Positions 53,950 through 62,672 of a stretch of 64,000 bases of DNA are shown here, one piece after another. The DNA lies in contig RQSC01000027.1 of NCBI GenBank assembly GCA_013416795.1, positions 267,344 through 331,343 of the forward strand. The letters are read 5' to 3'. Every line of letters starts with the position of its first letter. The stretch's first letter is position 1. The notes below the pieces were generated by a model that was not told the DNA's origin, did not search any database, and worked only from the letters and a program-made list of their open reading frames with translations. A program made the translations under genes and the position numbers. Source of the DNA: Prasinococcaceae sp. CCMP 1430 (taxonomy: Eukaryota > Plantae > Prasinodermophyta).

Positions 53950-55206
53950 ATGCGCACGCGGCGCGCGCCACCCGGGCGCGGCAGCGCCTGCGCACTCGCG
54001 CTGCTGCTGTGCGCGGCGAGTCCCGGCAGCGCGGCGGACTTTTCGTACTCGAACTTCGCGAGCGCAGACGCCACGCTGCGCATGGTGGGCGTCGCAAACC
54101 GCACCGACGACAGGCTGCGGCTGACGCCTGCGAAGCAGAGCCTCGCAGGCGCGGCGTGGCACGCGGAAAAGGCCTCCGTCGAGGGCGGCTTCAGCGCGGA
54201 CTTCTCCCTGCGCATTTTCGGAGACGAGGGTGTCGTCTCGTCGCCGTGCCGCACAACGGAGAATCTGCCCGAGCTGTGTGAACGGCGCGGTGGTGACGGG
54301 CTCGCGTTTGTGGTGCAGAACGTGGCCGCGGGCGCGCTCGGCGGGCCGGGGGGTGCGATGGGCTACGGTGGGATGCACAACGCACTGGCCGTGGAGCTGG
54401 ACACGTGGTTCGATGCTGACGCGCGCGACCCGTACCAGAACCACGTCGCGGTGCTCACAGCGGGCACAGGCCAGCTGAGCGCCGCCCATGCGGTGGCGCT
54501 TGGGTCGACGGTTCGCGTGCCCGACTTGGCGGACGGGGAGGTGCACTTCGTGCGCGTGAGCTATGAGCCCGAGTTCCATCCCGCGGCCACGCTGCACCCT
54601 GCGTTCAAGGCCGCGCCGCAGGTCGGACGCATCGCGTCTGGCCAAGCGCGCACGCCAGCGCTCGGCAAGGGTGCGCTCGGCACGCTCGCCATCTTCGTGG
54701 ACGACCTGAGCGAGCCGGTGCTTGTCGTCCCCGTCAACCTCGCAAACACGCTGGAGCTGGACAACGGACGAGCCTGGCTCGGCTTCACGGCCGCCACCGG
54801 CGAGGCCGTCGACAACCACGAGATACTCAGCTGGTCGGTTCGCGAGCGCCTCAGCGAGACGATGGCGTTCACTGCGCGCGCCGGCGAGGGCGTGCGTCCC
54901 GACGTGAGTATCAGCTGCGGCCAATGCGCTGCTCTGCGGCGCGCCTTAGGGCCCGCTGTGCGGCGCGCGCGCGTCGCCGCCGCTACCACTCACGCGCCCA
55001 CGCGCGGATGCGCACACACACAGCCGCTCATGCTGTGTGTACTGACGGATGCGCCTCGCGACTCTGGCACCCGCGTCGAACACACCTGCACTGCTGCGCA
55101 GCTCGACGACCCGTATGTGCCTCCGAGAGGCTACATGGCCGTCGTCGAGGCAGACAACGGGACCGCGCCCGGGGACGACTTCAATCCCACGCTCGGAGAC
55201 GCGTGA
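53950..55206 (+). CDS. Secreted L-type (legume-like) lectin; probable in-frame intron 54904-55023
   Basis: Signal peptide, LRLTPA....AGAAW, GGDGLAFVVQN, LAVELDTW.D....DP..NHVAV, AWLGFTAATG and HEILSW. GTGAGT...CAG intron boundaries are both phase 0. Confidence 0.82.
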   Translation: MRTRRAPPGRGSACALALLLCAASPGSAADFSYSNFASADATLRMVGVANRTDDRLRLTPAKQSLAGAAWHAEKASVEGGFSADFSLRIFGDEGVVSSPCRTTENLPELCERRGGDGLAFVVQNVAAGALGGPGGAMGYGGMHNALAVELDTWFDADARDPYQNHVAVLTAGTGQLSAAHAVALGSTVRVPDLADGEVHFVRVSYEPEFHPAATLHPAFKAAPQVGRIASGQARTPALGKGALGTLAIFVDDLSEPVLVVPVNLANTLELDNGRAWLGFTAATGEAVDNHEILSWSVRERLSETMAFTARAGEGVRPDVSISCGQCAALRRALGPAVRRARVAAATTHAPTRGCAHTQPLMLCVLTDAPRDSGTRVEHTCTAAQLDDPYVPPRGYMAVVEADNGTAPGDDFNPTLGDA

Positions 55207-55336
55207 GCGAGCAGCGAGGAGCTGCCGGGCGCGCCGCGAGCCTGCGCATGTACTTCAGTATCATGTATCATAGTACAGTACAATCTTTGGCAACAACGGC
55301 GTGCAGAACCGAATGGACGCGCGCGCTCCCGTCGCG

Positions 55337-56551
55337 TCACAGCGCGGCGTACATGCCCTGGCCGTCCACGTATATTGCGCCTAGAAGCTGCAGCTCCTCC
55401 AGGGCCGAAAGGCACCTCTCCTCTGTCTCCTGCGTCCGCGACGTGATCGCGGCCAGAGACACACCTTCTCGCACCTCGAACAAGATCTCCTGTATGCGGG
55501 CGGTCAGGGGCCGCGGCTCTGCGCTCGCCTGCTCCTTCGGCTGCTGCCGCCGCGGGCGACAGAGCTCGCGCGCGAGCTCGCGGAGGAAAGCAACTTTGAG
55601 AACCCCTCGCTGGCCCCAGCCGAGCGTTCCCTGAGGCACATTCGGCCTGAAGCGCTCATAGAGTGCGTACGCCCCGCGCCCGAGCGCATCGTCGGGCTCG
55701 AGCCCGCGCGTCAGCTCGCACATGGCGAACCAGACTGACGGCCAGTGTTCTGCGAAAGCCCTCTCCAGATACCGGGCGACGTTGGCTGGATGTTTGATGG
55801 TGCCTTGCGCGTCCATGGCGCGGAGCGGGCCGTCTCCGCGGACGATCGGCACTAGCCGCCCCAGGACAGTACGCGTCTCACCGCTCACTGCCAGCGCGCC
55901 GCCGTGCCCGTCGGCGGCGCTCGGTGCGAGGATGCCCAATGAAGCTCCCTTCGACTGCGCGTTGAGCGCGGTGCACGCTGATGCGAGCGAGAGCGCCGCC
56001 TCCCAGTCCAGCCCGGCACGCACGCAGCACGCCGCGGCCCATGCACACATCACCGGCGCGCGGTTCGTGCTCACATCGGGGCTGGGCGGCGCGCCATCCG
56101 GCCCTCCGCTTGACGGCGGCGGCGGCGGCGGCACCGTAACGGTTGGGCCTTTCTGCGGAGACTCTGCGTGTGCGCCGCCCGCCGCGCGCTGCTTGCCTCC
56201 CCTCTTCGTCGGGGAGGCGCCGCCCTCCGCGTCGCCCTGCGATCGCAGCTTCTTGACGCACGCGTCCAACTTGCGGCGCAGGCTCTTTGGCACGGAGTCC
56301 TGCGCCCTGGCGAGCGTGCGCTCGTCGCCGCGCGCAAGCCGCGCGGCGTCGACGCCCGCGCTCGCAAGCGCGTCGGCGCACGCAAGCGCGTCGGTGATGG
56401 GCATCGCGCCTGCCAGCACGCGGCAGAGCGCGCTCGTCGCTGCCGCCGCAGTGGTATCGGCAGTCTCGGCCACGTCGGCCGCGGCAGGCCCGTCCGCCGC
56501 GGCGGTCGCGCCGGCTTCCCCACCGGGGACCGCTCCGGAGCCTGCCTCCAT
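55337..56551 (-). CDS. Conserved uncharacterised domain (NRAPV...WGxxG type) plus C-terminal winged-helix-like domain
   Basis: TNRAPVMCAWAA...LNAQSKG.SLGI...VLGR.VP...YL.RAF...AYALYERFRP.VP.G..GWGQRG.L, then GVSLAAI......EE....ALEEL.LLG.IY, which resembles RPA32-C. Confidence 0.6.
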   Translation of the reverse strand: MEAGSGAVPGGEAGATAAADGPAAADVAETADTTAAAATSALCRVLAGAMPITDALACADALASAGVDAARLARGDERTLARAQDSVPKSLRRKLDACVKKLRSQGDAEGGASPTKRGGKQRAAGGAHAESPQKGPTVTVPPPPPPSSGGPDGAPPSPDVSTNRAPVMCAWAAACCVRAGLDWEAALSLASACTALNAQSKGASLGILAPSAADGHGGALAVSGETRTVLGRLVPIVRGDGPLRAMDAQGTIKHPANVARYLERAFAEHWPSVWFAMCELTRGLEPDDALGRGAYALYERFRPNVPQGTLGWGQRGVLKVAFLRELARELCRPRRQQPKEQASAEPRPLTARIQEILFEVREGVSLAAITSRTQETEERCLSALEELQLLGAIYVDGQGMYAAL

Positions 56552-56924
56552 TGCCGCCGTGGCGAGGGCGGAGGCGCTGCGCCGCCGGGGCGGCGCCCCT
56601 GGGCGGCCCCGCGCGCAGCGTGTGGTCGACGGCGGTTCGCGGTTGAGCACATGGAGATGTTTAACGTCCATCGCCAGGCACCATGCGGGCGGTGTCGGGT
56701 GAGGGGTTACTTAGTGGGGATGGCGCCTACGCGCCTCGCGGCGGAGATGGTTGCGCTCCCTTCGCTTGCGGTCGGACGTCTCTTGAGCATAGAACGCCCT
56801 GCATCAATGCGACCCAGGTACAGCCGTGCGCGAGAGAGACGTGTGGAGTGACAACGTTTAGACAGTGTGCAGAGACATAATGCCCGCGCAAGGGGCACAG
56901 GCGCACATTGAACCAGCTGGAAAC

Positions 56925-57779
56925 TCACTCGGTCGGTGCTTCCGGACCACCCGGCACGACTATCACCGGATGGTGCAGGTTGTTCAGAAGGTAGTGCGAG
57001 ACGCTGCCCAAGAAGAGCCTCTCGAGCCATGACTTGCCGGTTGAGCCGACGACGACGCACTCTGCGTTGTAATCGTCAGCCACTTGCGACAGGACGTGGG
57101 CTGTGTCCTCGAAGGTCTGCTCTACGACGACGCTGATCTCCACGGGGAGGCCGCGCGCAACCAGAGGCTCGGCGAGACCTATGAGCAAATCCTCGTTGCG
57201 CTCGAGCGCCTCCTTGATGAGGTCTTCCCTGACCTCGAGCGGCAGGGCGGTCGGGGTGAGCCCCGGCCCCGGCCCAGCGAACTCGACCGCCACACTCGAA
57301 CCGGCGATCGTCTCATCGTACGAGATCACGTGCGCGAGAAGGAACAGGTCGCCATCGCGCGCTAGATTGTCCGCTGCCCACGTTACCGCATTCTTGCTTG
57401 CCTCCGAGCCATCGGCGGCAATGAGTACGTGCCTCAGCACCTTCTCGCGGTCGAGGATAGCTGCAGCCTCCGCCCCGCTTTCTTGCACTGTCGGGAGGTC
57501 AGCATTGTTCACGACGCTCCACCACAGGGTGTCAGTCAGGAGCTTTGAAGGGCGAAGCGCGAGATGGTGCTCTGCTGTGCCCTTGTCGGCGTCGGCTGAT
57601 GCGGCACACGCGGCGAGCGAGCGCCTCGTGCAGCTCGCCGCCGCTCGCGTCCCTGAGGCGAAGTGTGCTGTCGAGAGGTGCGCGCGCACGCTGGCAGCGC
57701 CGCGGCAGCGCTGCACGGCGGCTGAGGCCACTCCGTTCAAGAGCGAAGACGCGCGCGCCGCTGAGACGGCCGACATCAT
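56925..57779 (-). CDS. Universal stress protein (USP) with organellar transit peptide
   Basis: HVLIAADGSEASKNAVTWA, VVVGSTGKSWLERLFLGSVSHYLLNNLHHPVIVVP; Ser/Ala/Arg-rich N-terminus. Confidence 0.88.
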   Translation of the reverse strand: MMSAVSAARASSLLNGVASAAVQRCRGAASVRAHLSTAHFASGTRAAASCTRRSLAACAASADADKGTAEHHLALRPSKLLTDTLWWSVVNNADLPTVQESGAEAAAILDREKVLRHVLIAADGSEASKNAVTWAADNLARDGDLFLLAHVISYDETIAGSSVAVEFAGPGPGLTPTALPLEVREDLIKEALERNEDLLIGLAEPLVARGLPVEISVVVEQTFEDTAHVLSQVADDYNAECVVVGSTGKSWLERLFLGSVSHYLLNNLHHPVIVVPGGPEAPTE

Positions 57780-58206
57780 GCGTATTGCAACCGATCGTTC
57801 GAGCGTACGCAGAAACTCGAGTCCAGCAAAGCAAAGCGCACAAGCGCAGGCTCCCTGGGGCAGGGAAGGCCGGCGCGCTCGACGACTCCGCAGTCGTGTG
57901 GGGTTCCGGCGAGGATGTGCACGCGAACCGCGGGTGCGGGCGGTCCGGCGTATGGCGTGCGCGCGCGCGCCACGCACAAGGCACGAGGCAGCGCAGTCCC
58001 TGGACTGCGCAGCGCGCGCGCAGTACGCAGCGCAATTGCCGGAAAAATCTGCTGCGCCAAGTGTCAAAAACACAATGAGTCTTGATCTGTCTGCAGTGAA
58101 GCTGCTCGTGGCACGGCATTGCTCATCGCGACGCACGTTCTTCTCGAGCGTGCGGGCCACGTCAGCGCTCTGGCGGCGACCCGACATCGGAAGAGGGAAT
58201 TTTTCC

Positions 58207-59175
58207 TTACAATTTCGCGTCGTGCGCTGGTCTGAGCAACACAGCAGTCGCCACACCTGCGGCGACGGCCCCACCGCGCGCGAGGGCGCGCAGCCATCGT
58301 CGGGACGACGGTCTCGAAGCAGCGCCAGAGCGCCTACCCGCCGCGCCTCCCGTGCTGTGCGGATCCTTCGCTTTGCTATGTCGCCGCCTCCGCCTGAACG
58401 GCGCGAGGGGCAGCAGAGCAGCCGCCTTGACAGCGCGCTGCGCCGCACCAGGGCTCGAGGCAGTCGCGCCAGCACCACGATGGCCATCACCACTGCCGCT
58501 ACAAGCACTGTTGTGAGCACCTCGCGTCCCGCGGTCTTTAGCCCTCATGTCCATCACAGTCTCGACCACAGCATCGCACAGCTTGGGTCGAACGCGCAGG
58601 ATCTCGTCCCCCGAGTGTCGCCACGCGCGAGGGTGCACAGCGTTGGAGAGGAGCATAACATACATGTTGCGATCCGGGTCAATCCACAGGCTTGTGCCGG
58701 TGTAGCCCGTATGTCCGAAGCTGCGAGCGGACAGGAGGCGTCCTGCAGCGCCCTTCGCGCGGTCCTTCGCTCGCGTCGCGACGTCGAATCCCAGCGCGAA
58801 TGGCCTCGGGTTGTGGCGCGTGCGCGGCGCGGCGCGTGTGAAGAGCCGGGCAGTATCCTGCCGCACCAGCGCCCCCGGTTGCCCGGCCAGGCTCGCGAGC
58901 ATGGCTTTGGCAAATTTTCCAACGTCAGCGGCCGTTGAGAACAAGCCGGCGTGCCCAGCGACACCTCCCATCAAGTAGCATGTCGGGTCGTGGACCTCGC
59001 CCCACAGGAGGCGCCCACGGCGGGTATCGACCTCCGTTGGGACCACGCGTATCGAGGGGGCAGGTGGTGGCCCGTGCCCCGCTTTGACTTTTCGGAAGTG
59101 CGTGTCAAGCATGCCGAGAGGGTCGAAGATACGTTCGCGGCAGAAGCGCTCCAGCGACATGCCTGAGCACCGCTC
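58207..59175 (-). CDS. Beta-lactamase-related serine hydrolase, C-terminal part (5'-truncated at N)
   Basis: ER.SGMSLE.F..ERIFDPLGM.DT.F, GEVHDP....MGGVAGHAGLFST..D, FGHTGYTGTSLWIDP and LLSN.VHP. The SxxK half is missing upstream of the join at 59176. Confidence 0.8.
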   Translation of the reverse strand, partial: ERCSGMSLERFCRERIFDPLGMLDTHFRKVKAGHGPPPAPSIRVVPTEVDTRRGRLLWGEVHDPTCYLMGGVAGHAGLFSTAADVGKFAKAMLASLAGQPGALVRQDTARLFTRAAPRTRHNPRPFALGFDVATRAKDRAKGAAGRLLSARSFGHTGYTGTSLWIDPDRNMYVMLLSNAVHPRAWRHSGDEILRVRPKLCDAVVETVMDMRAKDRGTRGAHNSACSGSGDGHRGAGATASSPGAAQRAVKAAALLPLAPFRRRRRHSKAKDPHSTGGAAGRRSGAASRPSSRRWLRALARGGAVAAGVATAVLLRPAHDAKL

Positions 59176-59981
59176 NCTCGCCCGGCGCGGCGGCGCCCCG
59201 GCGCCGTGCCCCTTCGCCCAACGGGCGCGAGACGCCCAACAACCAACCAAACCCGCTCCGCCGGACCACCTTTTCCTTGGGCTTGGAAAAAAAAAAAAAA
59301 AGCAGCGCCGCACCGCGCGCGCACGACGGTTTTATTTCATCGAAGATTTCCGGCGGATTTCGGCAGCAAAATTCGGCCGCTTTTGATTTTGCAGGGCCGG
59401 GCCGGAGGCCCCTGGACCGGCCGGATGGTTGGCAGCGCCGGGCGGGCAGACGTGGGCTCGCGATGAGGCAACACGCCGCCTCCGGCCACGAATCATCACG
59501 CCGCCCCACCGCCATCAGCAAAAAAAAAAAAAAAAAGCTCAGGCGAGGGTCGAGGCACTTCCAGGGAAAAATAATCGGAAGGAGAATTTTGGGAAGCGCT
59601 CCGCAATTTGTGATTACGATACGCACGCTTGCAGAACCACCGGAACTGGGTTCGGGGTTGCAGTAAGATCGAGGTGCGGTGCGCCGCGGTCGCGCGGCGC
59701 TGCGGATCGGGCGGAAAAGGAAAATCGCGCACGGGGCGCGGGGCGCCAGAGGTCAAAACGCACCCGACTCCGCGCCGCACAAAGAACAACGAGCGTGCAT
59801 CCCGTGGGTAATTGTGATATATACAATAACAATCCATCCTTGGGTTTGCGTGCGCACACTCACCCGCAGCCCCCGCCGGCGGCGGCGGCGGCGACGACGG
59901 CGGACGGGGGAGAGGGGGGGTCAGTACGCTTGCGCTTGCGTACGCGCGCGTGCGTTTGTGCGACTTCGCACACATGCGCAC

Positions 59982-60584
59982 CTCCGAGGACGCCTCGTAC
60001 CCGCGGTAGTCCACCTCGATGGACTCGCCGTACAGGTTGGGGTTGGAACCCGCGCCCGCGCCTGCCGCCCCACCGGCGTACACAGCGGGCGCCAGCGCGT
60101 TGCGCGCGTCGCAGGCCACGTCGTCGCCCAGCATAAGCACGATGCGCTCATCGGGCACGCCCAGCCGCTTCACCGTGCGGTACATCGCCAGCGTGTTGGC
60201 CACGTGGCGGTAGTTGAACCAGTAGCGACTCGTGCACGCGAGCACCGCCTTGCGTGCGCGTGTGTGCGCGCATGCGTGCGTGCATGCGTGTGTGTACGTG
60301 TGTGTGTGAGACACGGATGGTTGGTTGGGTGCGCATCGGCGCAGATGCGAGATTGCGAATAGGCGCGCACGTGCGTGTCCGCATGAGCTGGGCGCCACAG
60401 GCTGGCGGTGCGGTACTAAAGCACGCGCCCGCGCGCGCGGATAACGCACCCACGTCGAAGTGTGGTTGCCACCAAAGGCTGCCGCCGCCTCTGCGGCAGC
60501 CTGCGCCGCTGAGCCTGCGTGGACAGCTCTCGCGCGCCCCGCGGTCGCGGCCCCATCGCCCGCCCCCGCCGGCGCCGCCGCCGG
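59982..60584 (-). CDS. GPI8: GPI-anchor transamidase Gpi8/PIG-K, 5' exons only; intron 60249-60449
   Basis: Splicing gives NHTSTW|AVLACTSRYWFNYRHVANTLAMYRTVKRLGVPDERIVLMLGDDVAC...LYGESIEVDYRGYE. The start is cut by the N at 60585 and downstream exons are not recognisable. Confidence 0.88.
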
Positions 60585-60585
60585 N

Positions 60586-61407
60586 GGCAGCGACGATGGC
60601 GAAGATCCGCGTGAACACCTAGCACTGGCGGCGGCGAGTGCGCCACAGAGCGGGCGAGCGCCGCGAGGTGCGCTCGGATTTTGTGCGGACCCGCAGCAGG
60701 GGGGGAGGCACGGGAGCGCATTGGGTGGCGCTGCGTCTGACTCGGAGGAGGAGCGCTTCGAGATGGAGCAGCTACGCCGCGCGCGCGTGCAGGCGCACAA
60801 GCAGAAGGCAGCGGGCGCAGGTAGTCACTCAACACGTATACGCGGAGGCTCAGCTGGCGTGCGCGGAGCCCCCGGGGGACGTGGCGATGTCTCCCTCATG
60901 GACGTCGATGCGGCCGCTGACCAGGCGATGGAGGCGCTGCGCAAGGACGCGGCGCAGCTCGAGAGTCGTGCCGAAGCGATGAAGCGAGAGGCTGCGTCCG
61001 CAAAGGCGCGCCATGCGCAGGCGACCAAGGCGGCCGCGGAACTCGCCGAGTCACTCACCATCGCGGGCGAACGTTTCAGTCTCGCACAGCGTGCGCGGAC
61101 TTTTGTCCGGGATCTGTGCGATATGCTCCAGGAGAAAGCACCTCTACTTGAGGAGCTCGAGGAGACGCTACGCGTGGCCGCCGAGAGGCGCGCCGATGCC
61201 GACACCGAGCGGCGCACTGCCGATGATGCAGAGGCGACGGCACAGGTCGAGGCAGAGGCTGCTGCAGCTCTTGGTGCGCTCGGCAAGGGTGTAGCGGCCG
61301 GCTCGAACGCGCTCGCCGAGGCCGTCGCGGCCGCGCCCCCCGCGGCGGCGGCCCCCGCCAAGAAGCGCCGCAAGGCGCGCCGCAAGAAGGCGCGGAAGAA
61401 CGCGTGA
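60586..61407 (+). CDS. ILP1/PAXBP1 (GCFC family) fragment, probably chimeric at its 3' end
   Basis: DSEEERFEMEQLRRA and ERF...Q..R.FVRDLCDMLQEKAP.LEELEE...ERRADAD resemble the ILP1/PAXBP1 central region. The frame then ends in AAPPAAAAPAKKRRKARRKKARKNA without the GCFC domain. Confidence 0.55.
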   Translation, partial: GSDDGEDPREHLALAAASAPQSGRAPRGALGFCADPQQGGRHGSALGGAASDSEEERFEMEQLRRARVQAHKQKAAGAGSHSTRIRGGSAGVRGAPGGRGDVSLMDVDAAADQAMEALRKDAAQLESRAEAMKREAASAKARHAQATKAAAELAESLTIAGERFSLAQRARTFVRDLCDMLQEKAPLLEELEETLRVAAERRADADTERRTADDAEATAQVEAEAAAALGALGKGVAAGSNALAEAVAAAPPAAAAPAKKRRKARRKKARKNA

Positions 61408-61507
61408 GACGGCGCCGGCGAGTAGCGGCAGATTGTGCGAGCGGCGTGGTCATGTGAACCAAAATTGAATGGCTTACACCGCCCTCTCCGTGCGCTTCGC
61501 CGCGTCG

Positions 61508-62043
61508 CTACTTCATCGCGCCCTTGGCGAGCGCGCGCAGGTGCTCCGTGCGACGCTTGAGGTCGGCCTTGGTATCCTCGGTGAGGCTGTGCATGTACAG
61601 CGGCTGCCGCCACCCCACGGTCACGGTCACGGGCCGGCCGGTCAGCGCGCGGGCGCGAGGGCACAGGCGCGCTGTGTGTGTGGGGTGTGGGGGGTTGGGG
61701 TTGGGGGAATGCGTGGGCGGGGGGCGCGTGCGCGTGCGCGGGCGCCGGCCCTTGCGCTCTCGCTCACCTGCAGCGGCGCGGGTTTCTTTGCCGTCGATCC
61801 CTGCACCATGTAGTAGTGGCGCGGGTACGGAATCTGGTAGTGCACACCCAGCTCGAGCCTGCTGGACGCCTCGAAGAGCTTGGCGTCGATGGTCTCCGGG
61901 TCGGTGGCTCCCCTGTTCTTCCGGAAGAGCGCGCCGGCCTCCTCGCGGATGTATGCCTGCTCCTCGGCGCCGCCCTCCCAGGTACGCGCGGTGCGCAGTA
62001 TCGCGCGGTACAGCGACAGCGCCTTGGCTCGGCGCCCGCCCAT
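61508..62043 (-). CDS. LYRM1: LYR-motif protein LYRM1-like; intron 61604-61767
   Basis: ALSLYRAILR...YIREEA..LFRKN...TD...I...EA..RLELGVHYQIPYPR; CAG|GTGAGC donor and CAG acceptor. Confidence 0.82.
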
Positions 62044-62057
62044 CGCGCTCTCTCCAG

Positions 62058-62261
62058 CGCAAGGGTGATGAGCCAGCGGGGTTTGCGGCGGATGAGAGAA
62101 GGCTCAACGTGGCGCTCACGCGCGCGCGCCATGGAATGGTGGTCCTGTGCCACGCGCGGACGATGAGGAGGGCTGGGGGCGCGCTCAAGGAGGTGGTGGA
62201 GGATGCGAGGAGGAGGGGGTTGCTGGTGAGCGAGGAGGAGTTGCGGAGGAGCTTTTCTTGA
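62058..62261 (+). CDS. Orphan terminal exon of a Upf1/Sen1-like SF1B helicase
   Basis: After CTCTCTCCAG the frame reads RKGDEPAGFAADERRLNVALTRARHGMVVLCHARTM...stop; TGTAA follows. No upstream exons are visible. Confidence 0.6.
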   Translation, partial: RKGDEPAGFAADERRLNVALTRARHGMVVLCHARTMRRAGGALKEVVEDARRRGLLVSEEELRRSFS

Positions 62262-62417
62262 GGTAGTCTAGTGGTGATAATTTGGGTAGATAAAGTAGGG
62301 TCTGTATATATTCTGTGGTGTGATGTGTGTGTAATGCAGGTTCGCTTTCGGTGCTTCGTCTCGCCGCGCGCCCGCGCGTGCAAAAAAAAAATTGCGTGCG
62401 CATGCGCATGCGCATGC

Positions 62418-62422
62418 AAAAA
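62418..62422 (-). terminator. RNA polymerase III terminator (T5)
   Basis: TTTTT four nt downstream of the tRNA discriminator base. Confidence 0.8.
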
Positions 62423-62426
62423 GATG

Positions 62427-62506
62427 TGACATCGGCAGGATTCGAACCTGCGCTCTTTCGAACTAGCACCTGAAGCTAGCGCCTTAGACCGCTCGGCCAC
62501 GATGTC
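62427..62506 (-). tRNA. trnL-CAG: tRNA-Leu (anticodon CAG)
   Basis: GACATCG acceptor stem, D-loop TGGCCGAGCGGTCTAAGG, anticodon arm CTAGC-TTCAGGT-GCTAG, long variable arm and GGTTCGAATCC T-loop. Confidence 0.95.
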
Positions 62507-62672
62507 ATCACGGCTGCTGTCACAAAATGGAAACATATATAGGTACAATACAACGGAACGTCCGCGCCTATCAAAACGCACCAATTGCCAATTCCGAAAT
62601 CGGCGCGGAACCGTCACTTCCTTCCCGCGCGCCCGGCGAGCCCCCCCGGTTCCCCCCCACACACACCCTCCN

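Noticed and set aside
57780-58520. Upstream extension of the USP ORF to 531 aa
   Set aside because: It overlaps the 3' end of the hydrolase gene in another frame and the promoter. The transit-peptide-like start at 57779 fits better.
32212-60584. A GPI-biosynthesis or secretory-pathway gene cluster (PIG-V, GPI8, BLTP2, golgin, DENN, lectin)
   Set aside because: The genes are dispersed among unrelated ones, and GPI8 lies in a stitched region. Chance co-location in a compact genome is sufficient.
17733-61767. Introner-like repeated introns
   Set aside because: The eight inferred introns (111-201 nt) share only splice signals. I saw no extended similarity between them by eye.
43143-62043. Two LYR genes as a recent duplication
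   Set aside because: Their sequences are dissimilar beyond the LYR motif and match different subfamilies (LYRM2-like and LYRM1-like).
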